A DNA stretch of 64,000 nt, from the NCBI GenBank assembly GCA_011109175.1, contig RDEW01000015.1, positions 77,277 through 141,276 on the forward strand. The letters are read 5' to 3'. Of the stretch, positions 51,440-63,900 are shown piece by piece. This stretch comes from Dicyema japonicum (Eukaryota > Animalia > Dicyemida). The number at the start of each line of letters is the position of its first letter. Positions within the stretch are counted from its first letter, which is position 1. The translations under genes and the position numbers were made by a program. The notes under the pieces were generated by a model, which was not told where the DNA came from, did no database searches, and saw only the letters and a list, made by a program, of their open reading frames with translations.

Positions 51440-53290
51440 CAAAATGGCAAACGTCCCAAGACAAGACAAGACAAATTTTATTTCTAACAAACCCCAAAAC
51501 TAATTACTGTAAAGAAACCAAAACCTGAACCAAAACTAATTAAGTGGGTTTGTATTCATCGTGTAGGGTCATTTTATGAGACACCACATGTCTCTACTTC
51601 GTTTGGACCCCAAAAATTACATCACATTTTCCATAAGTGATGTAATAATTTTTCTATCTTTCTGACTTTCAGGTCGTAATCCTCTTCGATATTGGATTTT
51701 AAGTCCAGTCCATATGCCAATTTAATCGCAAATCTTCTGGACTTTTCCAATTTTTTGACAAAGACATCACTTTCTTTTGTTCTAAACCATCCTTGATAAC
51801 CATATATCAAGAAAGGTTCAACACACGCCGAATACACAAAAAGAAAAGTTTCAGGCTCCAAATGAAATCGAATTAAAGATTTCAACATTCCTGTAGCTTT
51901 CTTTCTTCGTGTTTTAATATGTTCCTTGAAAGATCCTCTTCGGTCTATCAACAATCCGAGATACTTCAATGTTTCAGAGATTTTTATATCCCCAGTATTC
52001 ACACATTGATTAATATTTTTTCTTTTACTTGCAATCCAAGTGACTGTTGTTTTTTCCCTCGATAGAGTCAACCCATTGTTTTGGCACCACTTTCCAATCT
52101 TAGTAATATGGGATTCCACCCTTTTCCATGAAATTTGTTTATTCATGCTTGAATCAAGCACAAGAATGTCATCAGCATAAATAATCATTTGACTATTTAC
52201 GCTCTCTGTTTTCGGCAAATCTCTCATTACGCAATTGAAGAGTAGCGGACTGAGAATTGAACCCTGTGGAACTCCTCTTCGCAATTCAATTTTCTTTGAA
52301 ATTAAATTTCCAACACGTATATATGACTTTCTTTTTGAAAGAAAGTTTTCTATCCATAATAACGCAGTTTTCCCAATTTCTGCTTTTGACAACGTATCAA
52401 CAAGTCCAAAGTGCCAAACACTGTCAAACGCTTTTGTTATATCCAAACATGCTATTGTAAGAAATTCCTTTTTATTTCGTGAAATTTCGATTGCAGATCT
52501 TAGCTCTTTAAAGCAATCTCCAGTCCCTTTTTTATGCCGAAATCCCAGTTGATTATCAGAGAGAAAATTATTATTTTCAACATGCCTTGATAGACGATTG
52601 AAAACAATTTTTTCCATAACTTTCGATATTGAGCAGACTAAGCTAATTGGCCTATAACTATCTGCTTTTGACCTTGGCTTTCCTTTTTTCACAACCATGC
52701 GTACAATTGTTCGTTTCCAATAAGCTGGAACATGACCAAAACTCCAAGAAGAATTATATAATATTTTTAGGCACTCAATCAAAATTGGGCCTGCGTTCTT
52801 GAAAATACTCATTGGGATAAAATCCCACCCTGGTGCTTTATTTTTGCAACCCTTAATTGCAGCATTTATTTCTTCCAGCGTTATAGGATGACACAAGGGA
52901 CCACTCAGTTTCGACTTTTCTTTATAACTACTTCTTGTATCTTGTACTTCTATCGGAATAAAAGATGCCGGATCTATCTCTTGAATTTTGGACAATTGTC
53001 GACGTAAAACATTTGGAATTTCTTCTTTTGGAATAGTGAGACCATCATCTGACTTGAGAGATATTTCTTCATTCTTATTACTGGGAGAATTCATTCTTGC
53101 ATATAGTTTCCAAAATTTTGGGTTCTGTCGACGTAACTTTGAACATTCTCTTTTCCATACTTTTTCTTCATTCTTCTTTACAACATCCATTATTTTCTTC
53201 TTCACTAACTTGATCTGCATTTTAAGTTCTTGAGAGTCGAAGATATCCCAACACCTCTTTAATTTATTTTCTAACTTATTCTTCTCCTGA
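51440..53290 (-). mobile_element. 5'-truncated LINE with intact 532-aa RT ORF, related to 30270-34060
   Basis: YRPISL; DITKAFDSV; GVPQGSILSP; YADD; KYLG. Confidence 0.92.
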
Positions 53291-53569
53291 ATTTTCTAAC
53301 TTATTCTTTTGACCTTTTAAAGAAACCAGTTTTACTCAAAAACATGAAACTAAAATTATATATAGATTTATGTTATGCTTTAAAAAATATAAAATTGAAT
53401 TTATTTTTTAAATTCTTAAATTATCTACTATTAATAATACTGATAGCATTCTAAATAATTAAAATTAATTTCAACAATAAACTCTTCATTTTTCAATATT
53501 TTAAATTAATTTCAACAATAAAACTCTTCATTTTTCAATAAATCTCAAGCACGAACATTATTAAATCTG

Positions 53570-53830
53570 TTCAGACATGAGCAGCTGCTCGACTGCCGGA
53601 AAACCTAAAATCAGAAATATTCTTGCCTCGGGATCGCTACCGATTTACTCCTGTTGCGACGAATCATCGGGAGCCGTTGGTCCAATGACGGCTGAATTCT
53701 TGCAAGAACTCGGAGGATTGCTTGCCAGAAAGAAAGGGATCACGAGAAGGCTATGGCTAAGACAAAGATTGAATAGCCATACTCGAGGAACTCGTTCGCA
53801 ATCCACGCAGCAGCTTCCTCAACTGATATT
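53570..53830 (+). mobile_element. CRE-like 3' fragment
   Basis: ESSGAVGP...WLRQRL...GNS. Confidence 0.7.
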
Positions 53831-54154
53831 TGTTTAATTGTTAAAAAAAATTTTAATTAAAAAAGAAAAAAATATTTTAAACTATTAAAAATTCCAGTTA
53901 TACGATTGTATTCATTTAAGTTCAATTAAGACAAAAAATTCAAAAAAAAAATATTTATTTATAAGAAAAGGTAAGTACTTCTTTTTAAGCTTTTTAACGC
54001 GACTCATGTGGAAGATCTCGCTATGTCCTCATTTGATTGAAGTGTCATTCGCTTGTTGAAATATATCTACGACTTTCACTTTTTCACTGTAGGCAATTCA
54101 ATTTCCTAACTTAGCGAGGATTTGTCCCATGGTCTTTTTTTACGCAACCTATAT

Positions 54155-54422
54155 AGTTAGTTAAGTTAGTTAAGAGCTCTTTCGCGTGGCCCTAAAAGGG
54201 GTTCGCTTGAGCCATGTTTTGCAGCCATCCTCCTCGCCCAGCCATCTTGTTCCTGTCCTCATTCGAACATCATCCAGATCGTCCGCTGTCACCAATTTAC
54301 GACTATTTTTGTTCGTAGTCATCTTTTAAGCAGGTTGGAAGTGTGTTTCTTGGTCTTTTTGGTTGAAGTGGTGACGTGCTTCTGTTTTTCTCTCTAGAAA
54401 ATTCATGTCTTATCATGTCTAT
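54155..54422. mobile_element. RTE insertion with inverted 5' end
   Basis: Minus-strand 3' end (TADDLDD; TAAC-type tail) head-to-head with a plus-strand 5' motif and ATG; TSD CGCAA(A)CCTATAT. Confidence 0.7.
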
Positions 54423-55259
54423 CGCAAACCTATATTGTCAATGTAATTAACTAACCTCATCTCCTTTCTCGAATGAGTATTTTGAGCAATGAAACCCACG
54501 AATCGGATTGCACATAATTTAATATATAAGGCCATATAACCTGTTGAACTATGATAACTAAATTATTAAATTGGACAGCTTTTTAATCTTTTTTTCCAAC
54601 ATTATTTGGATCATCAAACAACATCTTTCGAAAGTTCGAGTGATTGTCTGATTGAATCTTTCATTTTGAATAAATATCACTTTTTTTCTTTAAGCTTTTG
54701 TAACAGCAATTTTGAATAAACTCTTCAAAATTGGCAGGTCAGAATTTTCGTACAGACAATATCATAAGAATTCGTGGAAGTGCTCTGAATGAAATATAAT
54801 ATCCGTCAAAAACTAAATATATATTAGACATTTTGATAAAGCCTTTCAACTCTATTTGATGAATCCACTAATATATAATGAAGAAATGTAAGACAATACA
54901 AAAATAATATGGACTAAGCATTAGCAACAAACGAAGCACCACAACAACGTGGGACAAGCGTGACATAACAATTCAAATTAGAATTAATGTTTATATTATA
55001 ATTTTATACATTAAAATTAATATTTTATATTACTAAAAATTAGAATTTAATCAAAAGAACAATTTTCATAGATTGAAAAAAATTCAAAAAATTCAAAAAT
55101 CGATATTGCAAGTAGCGCATAGTTGCAAGTAGCGCTCGCGACATATTAAAGTTTATTCCAATCAGCAACAAATCGGTAAAGAAACGATGATGTGCCATTG
55201 GATATGGATTATAATCGAATAAAAATATTTTTAAGAAATAGAATATAAACCATATTTAA

Positions 55260-55500
55260 AACTGCCATCCATCCAAAGTGGCCCGCCGACATTATCGACG
55301 TTGCGTTGCTCTCACGATTGCAACAGAGATCAACTGGAGTAGCCACCGGGTCTCACGTGCGTCGTGGCTTTTTAGTGTAGCTAAGCGTCAAGTTTCTTTA
55401 GGAAGCGAAGCGATTTTCCATTATTCCTCCAGTTGTCTCGACAGTATCGATAAAACGCGAATCGGTCGCGTAGCGCTTTGTATTTTTCTCCTTTTCCTCG
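55260..55500 (-). mobile_element. CRE-like 3' fragment, family of 21830-25150
   Basis: High nucleotide similarity to 21830-22050 and 15380-15630. Confidence 0.85.
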
Positions 55501-55599
55501 TAAAAATAATCTATATTCAATATTGAAAAAATTAAATTACTAGATAAATCAATACTTTCTGAAAATGAATCCTCATTACTTGCTTATGTAATTTTTGTC

Positions 55600-57250
55600 A
55601 AAGATGGACTGATTATGCAGGGATGTCCAGGAAACTTGGCCATTTTTAGGATACCTCACTGGCGTTCCGTTACGTAATCAATATTTGGGACGACGTTTAG
55701 CGTTTTCAGTGACATTTGAATCTATTTCTAGAATCTCGATAAAATTCTAAAGCATCGGTTTTGTATTACCTCCAGTTTGCTCTGCGCGGATAGAGATGGA
55801 AGGATGATCGGTAAAATAAATCTTTCGTACAAAGCTCTGACAAAGGTATGGAAGATACCGGAAAATGTGAAAAATTCTTAATAATTCCAACTTTCTTTTG
55901 GATCTTCGAGGCTATTAGATCAGGGGTAGGTGACTGCCAAGATGGAGGGGGTCTTCTTGGTAGGATCGGAAATCATAAAAATTATCTGCGGCGTTATCTG
56001 ATTCTCTTTTCGTGAGGAGGTGAAGGTTGTCACGTGTTATTTACTTGGTGAGACTTTTTGGCAGTTCTTCAAAACCAGGTTTAATTTCTCCAGTCCAAAT
56101 TGTGTCGCCTCCCAGTTTTTCAATGTTTTGCTGCAATAGCTACTCGTCATAGTAGGACATAAGGATGAAGTTGTGGTAACTGAGTTGGATGAACTTAGGA
56201 ACACCTTAAAGTTTGCAAGAAATGACTTGGGTTTAAGGTAGGATAGAAGTTATAAATTTTTTTGCGTTAGGATCTTCCGGGTACTTAATCAAATGCCTTC
56301 TCTATATTAGCTGAGACCAAAAAGTTCTTTCGTGTGAGTTGAGAGTATTGAACCAATTTGCCCAAGTAAGTTGTGGTTAAGTGTCGCCGAAACCACGTTA
56401 AAAGAAGGGAAGTGCATTGGACAGACAGATCTTTTGAAGGACCAGTTTTCTAAAACACGTGACAGAGCACAGATGATGGAGACCGGCCGATAGAAGGAGA
56501 AAAACTGGTGGTTTGTTTTTCTTCAAAATAGGGTAATTTAATGATTTCTTCCATAGCAACGAAATCTTGTTTTTGTTCAACGAAAAATTAAATATCTGAG
56601 TTATTGCTTCTATCGTGGATAAACCCAGGCTTTTAGTTTAAGAAAAAAAGATGTCGTCTGATCCCTAGAACGACGATTTATTCATTTCCTGATGGCTGAA
56701 TGCACTGTAAATATGTCATAGAGAATTATGCAAATTTTTTAAATCTTTTTTTTACAACATGGACAAAGATCCAAGTTTTTGGAATGTGGTCTATAGCTGC
56801 TTTCACATAGTCTTTCATAAGGTCATTGGGATCTGTCTTGTGGTTTGAATTTAAGTGTTTAGAGTACTTCTTGAAACCATATCGCGGTGAAAGAGATGTT
56901 TTTCCAGAACAGCTTCCAAGCGTTTTTTATATGCTTTGTAATGTTACACATGATTTCTTTATTTAGGTTTAAATTTTGTCACTGACGTCTACTGACTGTC
57001 ACGTTTTTTTTGTTTTTTCTAGTTTGGACTAAGCTTCGTGTTTAGAATCAATAGAATGCAAAGGACGACGGTATCGATCAAATGGAAATCTTCTATCCGA
57101 AAACCTTGAAGGTGTTTTCAATTACATGAATGTGAGCCAGACTACCTGTGAGAAGTGAGAATGGTTTTTAAAGTATGAGTTAACGAATGTGACAAGTAAT
57201 CTACGATGTTCTTCTAGATTTCTCATCTTTTTCCTATATTCATGATGTTC
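55600..57250 (-). mobile_element. Degenerate LINE (RT)
   Basis: PILKKNK...YRPVSII...SRVLE; EAFD; many stops. Confidence 0.55.
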
Positions 57251-57324
57251 TTTTAAAGAATATTTATAGACAAGGATTTTATTTTCATATTTTTTTCAAT
57301 TAATAATAACAGCCTTTTCATGAG

Positions 57325-57598
57325 AGCTCCGCATAGGCAGGACACACTTTATTTATGTAAAAATATTTATGCTAACTAATTGTATAAAGGAATAACTAAA
57401 GAATGCTCTTTACTACTTTTCTTTTTGTTGTGTGAGTTTTTTTATAGACAGTGAAGTATACACTGATGACGGCGTCACTCGTCAATCCAAAGCATCGTAA
57501 ATGCGTGAAACCTTTAGCCGGAATATACAGCAGCGAGATTTGAATTAGAAGCCATCAGGCCTTTTTGTCCGGCATTTATGACACAGCGCCATCCCGGA
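57325..57598 (-). repeat. tRNA-headed SINE-like family, copy C
   Basis: Shares head and core with copies A and B. Confidence 0.75.
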
Positions 57599-57699
57599 TT
57601 TTTTAAATTATTATTAACCCAAGAACACCAATAGTTAATTTAATTATTAAATTTTTTTAACATGTGAAAAATTTATTAACAACAAAATATTATTTATTA

Positions 57700-58901
57700 A
57701 CTATGGGGAGAGCGGCTGTTGACATCACGGAGTAAGCGTTTCCGCTGACAACTGCGATACCAATTCGTTGCCTCAGTCAGACCGCTTCCCGCACGTCTTT
57801 CTTGCGGTGGGCCAATTCTCCAGGGTGCAAGGTGCTCTGCCCGCAAACCGAGATCCAACTACGAGCTGCGATACCAATTCGTTGCTCAGCCAGACCGCTT
57901 CCCGCACGTCTTTCTTGCGGTGGGCAATTCTCCCAGGGTGCAGGTGCTCTGCCCGCACTACTTTTGCACGAGAGCGGGTGCAGCCCTTTGGCATCGACCA
58001 TCCCTCCACAACGACATCGATGTTCGACGCAAACATCAACTCCCAGGCATTGTGCGATCCCAATCCGAAAACAGTCATCGTCAAAAGAGTCCCCAAGGAG
58101 GAACACGAAGTGCATCCAGCCACGCTTCGCTCCCATGGTTGGCGGCGGACACAGGCATGCAAGACGATGTTAGTTGGCCTTAGACTTTAGCACGTCTAGA
58201 TGTTCTCGGAGTAGATATCATCCACTCATGTTGCCTCGAAGGATCGTTCGGCATATCCAAACCAGTTTCATACCATTCGCTACGAGCTTCGTCGAAGACT
58301 TTTTCCCTAGAAAGTCCGGTTGGAAAACGTAGGATATCTTGGACCAAAAGGCTTCCACTTGAGAGCAATGACACATATGCTGGAAAGGCGATCTCCCGCG
58401 CAGACCTGAGACCCGTTTCTCCGAGGCGTGTAGGAAGCTTGCATTGGTTCCAACTCGGCACATCAAAGTGGATGTTTAGAAGCAATTCAGCTGATTTTCT
58501 CAATTTCCTATCCAGTGACAGGAGGTTGTCACGATGTTTGAAGCAGGGAGAACATTGGAGAGCATATATGAGTTTGGGAAAGCCGATGCTATTCTTCAAA
58601 AGGAAGAACGCTGTATGACCTTCGAGTAAGGAGAGTTTCTCCGTGACTCTAGAGAGTTCATCATATTTTGTTAAAAGATGGCTCCGCAGTTCCTTTTCGT
58701 CAAGTGGGCACCCAAGAAAGTATGTCCACTCCATGGGTACGACAGTAATTCCAGTAGTATCGAATTGAAAGACTCGACCACGTTGATAAAATCACTCTCC
58801 GAGTATGTGATAATTATTAGCTCCGATTCTTTATGTTTATTTCAAGTCCGAGGATTCGTAGTGCCGGCACGGCATGTGACAGAACGTCGTAAACTTTTCT
58901 C
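57700..58901 (-). mobile_element. 5'-truncated, internally deleted CRE-like element
   Basis: FLGCPL; AFFLLKNS; KLPTRLG; CRCGG..D..GLHPLSC; RQRIGIAVVSGNA. Confidence 0.9.
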
Positions 58902-59159
58902 CACGGAACGTCTAAGAACAATCACAGACCTGTTATTGCTCACTTTCAAGTGTTTTAAACATTGACCCCTCTAGGATGTCGATCGTCTAGAATCGAAAAA
59001 CTAATAAGTATTTTTGAATCTGGTGCGTTATAATTAATCAAACATATCACTCTACCAAACAACAACGGTCATGCACCACTACCCACAGAATCAAGAAAAA
59101 GATATCAGTCTGTCAATCCTTACGGGTGAGTTTTTCTGTGTTGAGTCAAATTGAGCCGC

Positions 59160-59208
<49 letters not shown>

Positions 59209-59349
59209 TTTGCAACCATACTTCCCCCGGAGCCCAAAGACTTTGGTTTCCCGGAAGCAACCCGCTAATGTACAAATACTTATTAGCGGGGTACTAGTTG
59301 GCATCGTTTATAGTTGGAACTACGACGAGATCTAATCGACTTCGATACT

Positions 59350-59398
<49 letters not shown>

Positions 59399-60235
59399 TG
59401 TAGTTCGTCCTGCACCGGTCTACGAATTTCACCTCTAGCGGTGCAATACGAATGCCCCCGTCTGTCTCTGTTAATCATTACTTTGCTACTGTTAACCAAT
59501 AGAAAAGTCTTTTTCTATTATTCCATGCTGAGATATTCAAGCAGAATGCTTGCCTTAAGCACTCTATTTTGTTCAAGGTAAAGCCATAGACTAACTACAG
59601 CAATGGCCTACTTGCATGTATTACACACAAGCAAACCGAGATCCAACTACGAGCTTTTCAACTGCAGCAACTTTAGTATACACTATTGGAACTGGAATTG
59701 CCGCGGCTGCTGGCACCAGACTTGCCCTCCAATTGCCTTCATTAAAGCTTTTACGATTATTTCATTACGATCTCTGAACAAATGCCCAGATCCGTTATTT
59801 ATCATCACTATCTCTTTATGCCAAAAGTGGATAATTTTCGCACCTGCTGCAATCCATAGATCTGGCAGCCATTTCTCATGCTCCCTCTCCGGAATCGAAC
59901 CCTGATTCCCCGTTACCCGTTGTAACCACGGTAAGCCACTACCTCACCGTCAACAATTGATGGGGCGGACATCTAATTGATATGTCACCGGATATCCCGG
60001 TGATCAGCAAATTTATCCAGAGTCAACTAATTCTAATAATTGCGCTTTAATAAGCTTTACGCATGTATTAGCTCTAGATTTACAACAGTTATCCACCGTC
60101 GTTTGACATTATCAAGTAAGTTATGTCCGATTTAATGAGCCGTTCGCGGTCTCGCTCATTAGAGAGCATGAACTTACACTTGCATGGCTTAATCTGTAAG
60201 ATAAGCATATGACTACTGGCAGGATCAACCAGCTA
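58902..60235 (-). rRNA. Truncated 18S rRNA copy (5' ~1.33 kb; probable pseudogene), probable 5' ETS upstream to ~60600
   Basis: 5' CTGGTTGATCCTGCCAGT; GTGCCAGCAGCCGCGG; AAACTTAAAGGAATTGACGG. Last recognisable block GCAATAACAGGTCTGTGAT. Small deletion near 59123; no 3' end, ITS or 28S. Confidence 0.95.
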
Positions 60236-60609
60236 TCTTTTCACAGCAATAACCCACACTTACATGGGCTTATGCATGTATTTACATTTAGTAACCGTGC
60301 TAAAAGCACTTGTTCAACAAAATGATGCAGTATACTGCAAAGAACTGCCTTTCACTGTAATATAGGACCCTTTTATAATAATCAACCGACAATTGCCCAC
60401 ACCGATAAAATTGCTTCACTGAATGGATACACCTTTTTTTCATTTCAGTAATACCCTGCAGTGAAAAATGCCTTTTGAGTGATAAAACCATGCAAAAGAA
60501 CAGATGCGTCCTCAATCAAGCAGACAAGCTGGCTTCCTTTATAAAACCAAGGCTCTTCTAAAGGTGCCCGACTAGTCCGTTAAAATCAACAAATGCACTT
60601 TTTACAAAA

Positions 60610-60990
60610 ATTTTACCACCCCCCTGATTAAGTAATCTCGGAGGCCTCTATCAGATTTCTTATCTTCTCTTTGTGCGCCTTCCTGGGAACCAAAGCAACT
60701 TCTCTGTGGGCGTAATGATTTGGGGAATAGAAATTGGAGAGGGATGATATATACCCTTCTCATAAGACACGTCTTGGCTGTGTACTGTTGGGAGTTGTAC
60801 TGTTTACACAGAGAAGCAAATCCATTTTGTCGGATAAGGCCTTCAAGTGATGAGGGGATTTGTTTTTCTAGTTTCCCGAGATTACTAGTAGTAGTGGCTG
60901 TCAATGACTAAATGTCGCTGATGTTTTATTTGTTCGTCCAGGACAGATTGATTCCCCATCACGTACAGCATAGCTGACAGTTGGCTCAAT
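60610..60990 (-). mobile_element. 'GIT*' LINE 3' fragment, family of 42614-43003
   Basis: FIEPTVSYA; GFASLCKQ; RPQRSCFGS. Confidence 0.75.
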
Positions 60991-60992
60991 GA

Positions 60993-63900
60993 ATTATTAT
61001 TATTATTATAAAGCACAACGTCTTGCCATTGGAAATGACAAAACCAGTGCAGTACCAAACATTAATTTTTTAGTTAATTTTCTCCACTTTCCACGATCCT
61101 GAGCCAAATCCCTCAAGTAGTCCAGGTCATCTCCCGTAGTTAGAGATAATCCTATTCTCTTCAGGTCTTCATTCAGTGTCGTGGCCAGTGATGCTCTCGG
61201 ACGTCCTCGGAACTTCACCTCCTCGGTTTGAAAGTATTCCTCCATGGCAACATTAGCTGGAGTTTCGATATTTCCCCGTAGGATGTGTCCAAATAGACTC
61301 CAACGAAATTCCATGATGTCTAGTGAAATCGGTTTAGAAGACGTAATAGAGTATAGTTCTTGACTTCTTGTTCTCATACGGTCCCAGCACGAATGAATCT
61401 TCCGTAGTTGTCCCCGATGGAAGGAGTTTAGTTTTTCAATGTCATTTAGGGTTAATGACCAAGAACTTGCATTATATAGGAGTATTGGTTTGACTAACGA
61501 ATTGTATAGTCGAGTTCTGATCTCTCGATTCAAGCCCTTCTTTCTTAGAAACCAATTTCTTCTCAAGTTGTATAAGGCCGTATTTGCTTTAATCTTCCGT
61601 GCAATGATGTCTTCTTTATCTCCAAGCAGGGATCCCAGCTTTTTAACCTTTCGCCAATGCTCTTCCAGAATAGATTCCTTCCTCATCAAAGTTGTCAGCT
61701 CTGTCTTGTCTTTGTTGATATTTAGTGACCATTTTTCGAATACTCTTGGTGCCGTCTCGAGTAATCCCAATAGGGCCTCCCCATTTTGCGAGACGAAGTC
61801 CACATCATCTGCATAAGCTAGGATGCTAGTTCCCTCCACAATAAAAGGCTTGAGATCCCGTAGCGCAGATTCAAGATATGCAACAAAGAGGAGAGGAGAC
61901 AATGGATCTCCTTGTGGAGTCCCAGTATTTGTCGAAAATGGCATGGCTTGAGTATTTCCAATTTTAACAGTTAGTTGTGTTTCAGCCAGTAGTGCCCTAA
62001 TCATCGAAACTGACGAGGCGTCGAATAGACCCGTGATAGATTCCAATAATTTACAACGGTTAACTGAATCAAACGCTTTCGATATGTCAATCCCAAGGAT
62101 CCCAAAAATGTTCTAAATCTTTGAATGGTTGAACATCTCCATTTTAGGCTCCATAAGACGTCTGCCGTTGATCTCCCCTCGCGGAATCCACTATGGTATG
62201 GTGAAAGATAGGCTTCCAAATTCTCTCTTACACGTTCGAGAGTGATAATAGCCAGGATCTTCCTGATAACATTCATTAGGATGATCGGTCTCAAGTTTGT
62301 TACTTTTCCTTTCGGCTTATTTGGTTTGGGAACCGGAATCAAATAACCCTCTCCAATGGGTAACAACACACGTTCTTCAAACATTTTGTTCATGATCAAC
62401 GCAATGATTTCGTAGAGGTAGTCACCGCCGTGTTTGAATAGTTCAGGACGTAGTCCATCCGGGCCCGCACTTTTATCAGGTTTCAGCCTTTCACATGCTA
62501 ATTTCACCTCATAAGGTGCAATTTTCATTCCCAGTTCACCGGATCCACAAATGAATGCCGAAATCACATTCTGAGTCGTATTTAGCCCCGACCTGAAGTG
62601 ATCAGTAACCAACTCGGCAATCTCAGATGGGTTCATTATTCGTCTTCCATTTTGGTCGTATAATATAGGGTACTCTTCTTATTGTGACATTTAAGTAGCC
62701 TAACGGCTTCGTAGTATCCCCTGTTACCCTTTAGCCCTTCCAGGTGCTCTAATTTGTTTAAGGCATCACATCTAGTAGCAGTCCTCACAGCTTTCTTTAT
62801 TGACTTATGTATTCTTGCTTTTTCTTTCCTGAGTTCATCTATTGTAAATTTATTCATAGTTTTCTTTTCCTGTATTTGCAGTCGAATTTGCCTCTGCAGT
62901 TTGATTAGATTAGAGATATCTTGACTTGCACTATTCACATTTATCCAGCTTGGAATCTCCATATACATTTCATCATATGTTTTATGCATCGCCATTGATA
63001 CGTTTTTCCATACGTTTAAACATGATTGGTTCGTGTTAATATTCTCCAATTTGTTGGTTATTCGTTTTCTGTATATCTCCTTAATTTGTGGATCTGAGAA
63101 ATTAATAGTCTTATTGTAGGCGTATTTTTTGGGTGGGTAGTATATTTGGAGTGTTTGTAATAGCTTACTCGAAATTTCGCAATGACCATCTTATGGTCAG
63201 TGTCAATGGACGAACCTCCGTAAGATCTCGCATTTGTCAATAATCTCTTATCTTTGCATCGACATATTATATAATCGATCTGGTTAAAAATATTGATTAT
63301 TTCTCCGTTCTTTTTCTTGGTTGTCCCACACCAAGTCGTCATATGTCTTGCAGCGTGAGCGAATGCTGTATTACATAAGAACAAATCGTTTGACCGACAG
63401 AAGTTTCCTAACAGCGTTCCAGGAAGGTTTCTTTTCCCCCTGCTGAATCTCCCCAAGAACGTTTCGTCGGTATCTGTTCTCCTCCCCACCTTGGCGTTCA
63501 TATCACCAGCTATAAATAAAAGTGCGGAGTCGGCCAATTCTAAATATAAATCTGAATAGAAGTCATCAAATAGAGCCGGATTTTGTTAATCCAACCACTG
63601 TGAGGTGCGTATACATTGATAATGGAGACAATGTCAGTGCTTGCTTTGGCATTCATAAACTTCATTTGTAGAACTCCGATGCGGTCATTAACTGCCCATA
63701 CTCTGTAGATATGAGGGAGAAATTCCATTTTGATGGCAAAACCCAGTCCATAGTTCCTGTTGACAGTCGGAAGAAAGATCAATTTGAATTTACCACATGT
63801 TTCTTCATGGTTATCTTGGATTTTGGTTTCCTGTAGGCAACCAATTGCGACATCGTAATTATGTAGGTCTTGAAAGAGAGGTCCTTTTCCAAGAAGAGGT

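Noticed and set aside
53461-53541. Two copies of a ~38-nt AT-rich unit as a CRISPR-like or functional repeat
   Set aside because: Simple local duplication, two copies only, eukaryotic context.
57462-57512. CTGATGA...GAAA as a hammerhead ribozyme (also 36192 and reverse of 29975)
   Set aside because: Stem II closing pair is absent, GAAA is not conserved in the 36192 copy, and stems I and III were not found.
59363-59905. ORFs inside 59363-59905
   Set aside because: Spurious antisense frames of 18S rDNA.
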